This document shows positions 17,293 to 20,115 of a stretch of DNA of 20,115 bases, in pieces. The position numbers and the translations under genes were made by a program. Source of the stretch: Hydrogenothermaceae bacterium (lineage in GTDB: Bacteria > Aquificota > Aquificia > Aquificales > Hydrogenothermaceae); the NCBI GenBank assembly GCA_027030405.1, contig JALVEZ010000245.1, forward strand, positions 1 through 20,115. Reading direction: 5' to 3'. Numbering within the stretch: position 1 is the stretch's first letter; the number at the start of each line of letters is the position of its first letter. A model generated the notes under the pieces. It was given only the letters and a program-made list of their open reading frames with translations. It searched no databases and was not told the DNA's origin.

Positions 17293-17997
17293 ATGAAAGA
17301 ACTAATAAGAAAATCTTTTTCAAAATCTACCCAATTTTACGAAAAAGAGGCAATTATCCAGAGGAAAACTGCGAAATTGATGGGCGAATATATTCAAAAA
17401 TTTGATGGAACTGGTGTGGATTTAGGATGTGGGACTGGATTTTTAGTTGATTTCTATAAAGAAAAAGATGTTATCGGTCTTGATCTGTCGTTAAAAATGA
17501 TAAAAAAATATAAACAAAAAAATCCAAATGCCATTGTTGGAGATATAGAAAACTTGCCTTTTAAGACTGAAAGTGTAGACTTTGCAGTGTCTAATTTTAG
17601 TTTGCACTGGACGGATTTTGAAAGGTCTGTTTTTGAGATTTTCAGGATTTTAAAAAGTGGTGGAAAATTTTATTTTAATGTTCCGATTAAGGATAGCCTG
17701 AGTATAGTTAATAAGATTTTAAATTATGAAAATTTTAATTTTTTGACTGAAGGTCAGATTATAGGAATTTTACAAAAGTATGGATTTGCGATTGAAAAGT
17801 ATTATGTACGAGAGTTTCAGATTTCGTTTAAAACGTCTATGCTTTTTTTAGAACATCTTCATAAAACAGGTTCTATGATAGGTAAAAAGGGAAAGACATT
17901 AGGTGAAAAGAAAAAGATAATAAAGCAGTTCCAATCTTATAAAAAACCTGTGATTCTAAACTACAAAACTCTCTTTGTTCTTGCAGAAAAGAACTAA
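17293..17997 (+). CDS. bioC: Class I SAM-dependent methyltransferase, BioC-like (malonyl-ACP O-methyltransferase family).
   Basis: The BioC-type N-terminal signature FSKSTQFYEKEAIIQRKTA fits F..A..Y...A..Q. The SAM motif I is VDLGCGTG and motif II/III is GDIENLPFKTESVDFAVSNFSLHWTD. It is 234 aa. No other biotin genes are visible nearby, so the gene symbol is tentative. Confidence 0.55.
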   Translation: MKELIRKSFSKSTQFYEKEAIIQRKTAKLMGEYIQKFDGTGVDLGCGTGFLVDFYKEKDVIGLDLSLKMIKKYKQKNPNAIVGDIENLPFKTESVDFAVSNFSLHWTDFERSVFEIFRILKSGGKFYFNVPIKDSLSIVNKILNYENFNFLTEGQIIGILQKYGFAIEKYYVREFQISFKTSMLFLEHLHKTGSMIGKKGKTLGEKKKIIKQFQSYKKPVILNYKTLFVLAEKN

Positions 17998-18014
17998 TCT
18001 AAAAATTTTAGATT
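17996..18014. terminator. AT-rich palindrome exactly between the stop codons of the convergent bioC-like and ATPase genes. It is a possible bidirectional terminator hairpin.
   Basis: AATCTAAAAATTTTAGATT is a near-perfect inverted repeat (AATCTAAAA / TTTTAGATT). It is flanked by the TAA at 17995-17997 and the minus-strand stop at 18015-18017. The stem is almost entirely A/T, so it is weak. Confidence 0.3.
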
Positions 18015-19214
18015 CTAATATAAAAATCCAAATAACCATAAAGGTATTCTGTTATTTATTCCAACTTCCAGATCATCAATTACTAAATAACTGTTTTTCG
18101 TATCTTTTATTTGAGTCTGTTTTTTATTTTTTCCTCCAACTTCAAATGTGTATTTTCCGTCAACTCTGATATCACCTTTTTTAGGATATTCTATCTGATG
18201 ATTCTCCCGAAGCATAGATATCACAAATGTTTCTCTTATTGTTCCAATTTTAGGATTTTCACAGTAGCAATAATTTAAGTTTGTGTTATTCATATATATT
18301 TTTTCTGGTTTAGTAAAAATACTATCTCCTTTTTGAGGAGATTTTAGAATAAACAGAATATCCCCTCTATGTAAGTATTCTATATACTTATATAATGTGA
18401 TTCTATTTATCTCTATTTTTTGTGCCAATTTTGATAAATTCAGCTCATAAGGTTCTGAAACGCAGATCAGTTTTACTAATTTTTTTAATTTTATTAAGTT
18501 CTCAACTTCAATTTTAAAAACAAAAGGTAAATCTGTTTCTATTACTGTGTTTATGATTTGTTCCAGTTTTATGTAATATGTTTCTGGATTCTCAAAATAA
18601 AATGGATAAAAGCCTTTTTGTAAGTATTCTTTCCAGTGTTCAAGAGGTTTTATTATTTTCAAAATTTCATAAGCAATATCAGTATGATTTTCTAATATTT
18701 CTTTAAGAGTATAGCTTTTTAATGAAATTCCAAGTTTTAGTTCTAAGAACTCTCTATACGACATTCCATTTACTTTATAAATTGCGGCTCTTCTACTTAA
18801 ATCTGTTTTTGAGTGTTCTAATCTGATAGCCGATGATCCAGAAAATAGAACTTTTATATTTAAAAAATCGTAAATCTGTTTTAAATGTTTTTCAAAATCT
18901 TTATATTTATGAATTTCATCAATTACTAAAACTTCTCCTCCAATACTTTCAAAATATTTTGCAAATTCAAATAAAGATACATCGCTGAACTCTATACTAT
19001 CTGCTGATATATATAGTTTTTTAGAGATAGGTAGTTGATGTTCTTTAAGAAATTGTAAAAGAAATGTGGTTTTCCCTACACCTCTTGCTCCAATAATGCC
19101 GATTAATTTGTCATTGAAGTTTATTTTTTTATAGAAATATCTTTTATAACTAATGTTAAATCTGGCAAGTAAACTTATAAATCTTTCCTGAAATAAATTA
19201 AAAATGTTTTCCAT
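18015..19214 (-). CDS. AAA+ ATPase of the COG1373/DUF4143 family (predicted ATP-binding protein).
   Basis: The Walker A motif is GIIGARGVGKTT and the Walker B is LVIDEIHKY. The overall layout is typical of COG1373 proteins, with a C-terminal DUF4143-like region. The ATG is at 19214 (MENIF...). The ORF track extends to a TTG at 19223. A TATAAT box (rc of about 19226-19231) lies only about 12 nt upstream of the ATG. Confidence 0.8.
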   Translation of the reverse strand: MENIFNLFQERFISLLARFNISYKRYFYKKINFNDKLIGIIGARGVGKTTFLLQFLKEHQLPISKKLYISADSIEFSDVSLFEFAKYFESIGGEVLVIDEIHKYKDFEKHLKQIYDFLNIKVLFSGSSAIRLEHSKTDLSRRAAIYKVNGMSYREFLELKLGISLKSYTLKEILENHTDIAYEILKIIKPLEHWKEYLQKGFYPFYFENPETYYIKLEQIINTVIETDLPFVFKIEVENLIKLKKLVKLICVSEPYELNLSKLAQKIEINRITLYKYIEYLHRGDILFILKSPQKGDSIFTKPEKIYMNNTNLNYCYCENPKIGTIRETFVISMLRENHQIEYPKKGDIRVDGKYTFEVGGKNKKQTQIKDTKNSYLVIDDLEVGINNRIPLWLFGFLY

Positions 19215-19489
19215 AATAAACAAATTATATCAAATTTTGTTTATTACAATAAACAAAATTTATTAAAAATCGAATCTTATTGCTTAGAAAAATCAGAATA
19301 TTTAGGAATAAATAATTTGATTTAAAAAATAAGATGGATTGAAAAAGAATTAATGGATTTTAGGAAACTAAAACTCTCTAATTTTAATATTTTCTAAAGT
19401 GGTTCAAAAAAGGGTTTAACTTCTTTTTTGAATGGGATCATTTGAAATTAGGAAATGAAAAGTTATAAGAATCAGTTATTGGAATTTTA

Positions 19490-19625
19490 AAAGATTTAAA
19501 CATCCCCAAACTCAGGTGGTCTAGGGATGCCTTTCGGCAAAACCAACCCACTTTAGGGAGGCGGGAAAAATGAGGCTCCTTCCTGAAAGCCTTCCTGAGA
19601 TGGAAAGGAATCACCTCTATTAAAG
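19490..19625 (+). other. GC-rich structured island inside an otherwise more than 80% A+T non-coding stretch. It could be an ncRNA or a leader-embedded element.
   Basis: CATCCC (19500-19505) pairs with GGGATG (19524-19529). There is a GCC-TTTC-GGC tetraloop hairpin. An imperfect long hairpin is GAGGCTCCTTCC...GGAAAGGAATCACCTC, containing a TTCCTGA direct repeat. The segment cccactttagggaggcgggaaaa loosely resembles the CRISPR repeat core cccttagttaagcgggacaa. The strand is undetermined. Confidence 0.25.
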
Positions 19626-19661
19626 ATAGGAAAGAAAAAATAGATTTCAACTTTTAATAAA

Positions 19662-19990
19662 TCCACAATGCCCTTAGTCAAGCGGGACAGTTCGAGTTAA
19701 TAATTTGAAAATCCCTGTATGGCATATCATTTAGACAGTCGCAATGCCCTTAGTTAAGCGGGACAATTCGAGATTATTGGCATATTGAGTTTAGGATAAA
19801 CGATTGGAGGTTGAGTCGCAATGCCCTTAATCAAGCGGGACAATTCGAGAAGAAAGTTTCACAGATTTTTCTGGTCTGTTTACATTCCAAGAGTCGCAAT
19901 GCCCTTAGTTAAGCGGGACAGTTCGAGATAAGGAAAAAGAGGAACTTAGAAAAATCTCAAAGGAGTCGCAATGCCCTCAGAAAATCGGGG
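19662..19990 (+). CRISPR. Short CRISPR array with four conserved 35-36 nt repeats (R1 19662, R2 19738, R3 19815, R4 19893) and a degenerate fifth repeat (19965-about 19990).
   Basis: The repeat consensus is GTCGCAATGCCCTTAGTTAAGCGGGACA(A/G)TTCGAG(A). The spacers are 41, 42, 43 and 37 nt and are unique. R1 has 5 mismatches (3 at its 5' end). R3 has 2 mismatches. R5 keeps only GTCGCAATGCCCT and then diverges. No cas gene lies anywhere in the window. The strand and leader side are ambiguous (see findings). Confidence 0.85.
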
Positions 19991-19996
19991 ATATTA

Positions 19997-20101
19997 TTAC
20001 TCTTCTTTATAGCTTTTGTATGCTTCATAAGTTAAGGAAATAAATACATAAAAAAGAACTATAACCGCAATTCCTATTAATATTAATATGAAAGTATTCA
20101 T
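19997..20101 (-). CDS. A 34-aa hydrophobic micro-ORF: a single-TM peptide with a charged C-terminal tail.
   Basis: A perfect AAGGAG Shine-Dalgarno (rc of 20108-20113) is followed 6 nt later by an ATG. The product is MNTFILILIGIAVIVLFYVFISLTYEAYKSYKEE and ends in a double stop, TAATAA. It is too short for the supplied ORF track. Confidence 0.35.
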   Translation of the reverse strand: MNTFILILIGIAVIVLFYVFISLTYEAYKSYKEE

Positions 20102-20115
20102 TCAAAGCTCCTTAA

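Noticed and set aside
17975-18169. Plus-strand 64-aa ORF overlapping the 3' end of the ATPase gene.
   Set aside because: It is antisense to the COG1373 ATPase C-terminus and starts inside the bioC-like gene's last codons. It has no RBS and is a shadow ORF.
19438-19650. Minus-strand 70-aa K/R-rich ORF overlapping the GC-rich island upstream of the array.
   Set aside because: It has no Shine-Dalgarno and the sequence upstream of its ATG is AT-only. It spans a region better explained as structured non-coding RNA or DNA. It is kept only as a remote possibility.
19224-19661. Search for a tracrRNA-like anti-repeat in the region upstream of the array.
   Set aside because: The only repeat-like segment (19543-19573) is on the same strand as the repeat, not complementary to it. 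A repeat of about 36 nt with about 40-nt spacers also does not look like a type II array.
1-20115. Mobile elements, prophage or integron remnants.
   Set aside because: No transposase, integrase, recombinase or phage structural gene was found. No terminal inverted repeats, no tRNA, and no attC-like sites were recognised by eye.

Overview
This is a 20.1 kb, AT-rich, gene-dense window. Almost all genes are on the minus strand, and many have overlapping or abutting start and stop codons. This pattern fits a compact thermophile-like genome. Several proteins resemble Thermotoga, Thermococcus and Thermus homologues, and an LPP20 lipoprotein is present. The organism guess is inference only.

Layout on the minus strand, left to right:
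- uvrA 5' part, running off the window edge.
- A rho-independent terminator.
- A tightly packed four-gene unit read right to left: unknown 176-aa protein, compact SNF2 helicase, CutA, SPFH/stomatin.
- A divergent intergenic region, then a DUF3592-like gene on the plus strand.
- A ten-gene glycogen/alpha-glucan cluster on the minus strand. In transcription order (right to left, starting at 17161): NDP-sugar pyrophosphorylase-PGM fusion, GH57 hydrolase, DUF2628 membrane protein, GH57 4-alpha-glucanotransferase, GalT-like transferase, GlgA, DUF4912-like protein, GH57 branching enzyme, LPP20 lipoprotein.
- A plus-strand BioC-like methyltransferase.
- A COG1373/DUF4143 AAA ATPase on the minus strand.
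- A 440-nt AT-rich non-coding stretch containing a GC-rich structured island.
- A short CRISPR array of four good repeats and one degenerate terminal repeat, with no cas genes in view.
- A 34-aa hydrophobic ORF with a perfect Shine-Dalgarno at the extreme right edge.

No transposase, integrase, tRNA or rRNA was recognised. The region most worth a second look is the right end (ATPase, structured island, decaying orphan CRISPR array, toxin-like micro-ORF). The SNF2 operon and the unusual members of the glycogen cluster come next. I see nothing I can defend as an undescribed system from this window alone.
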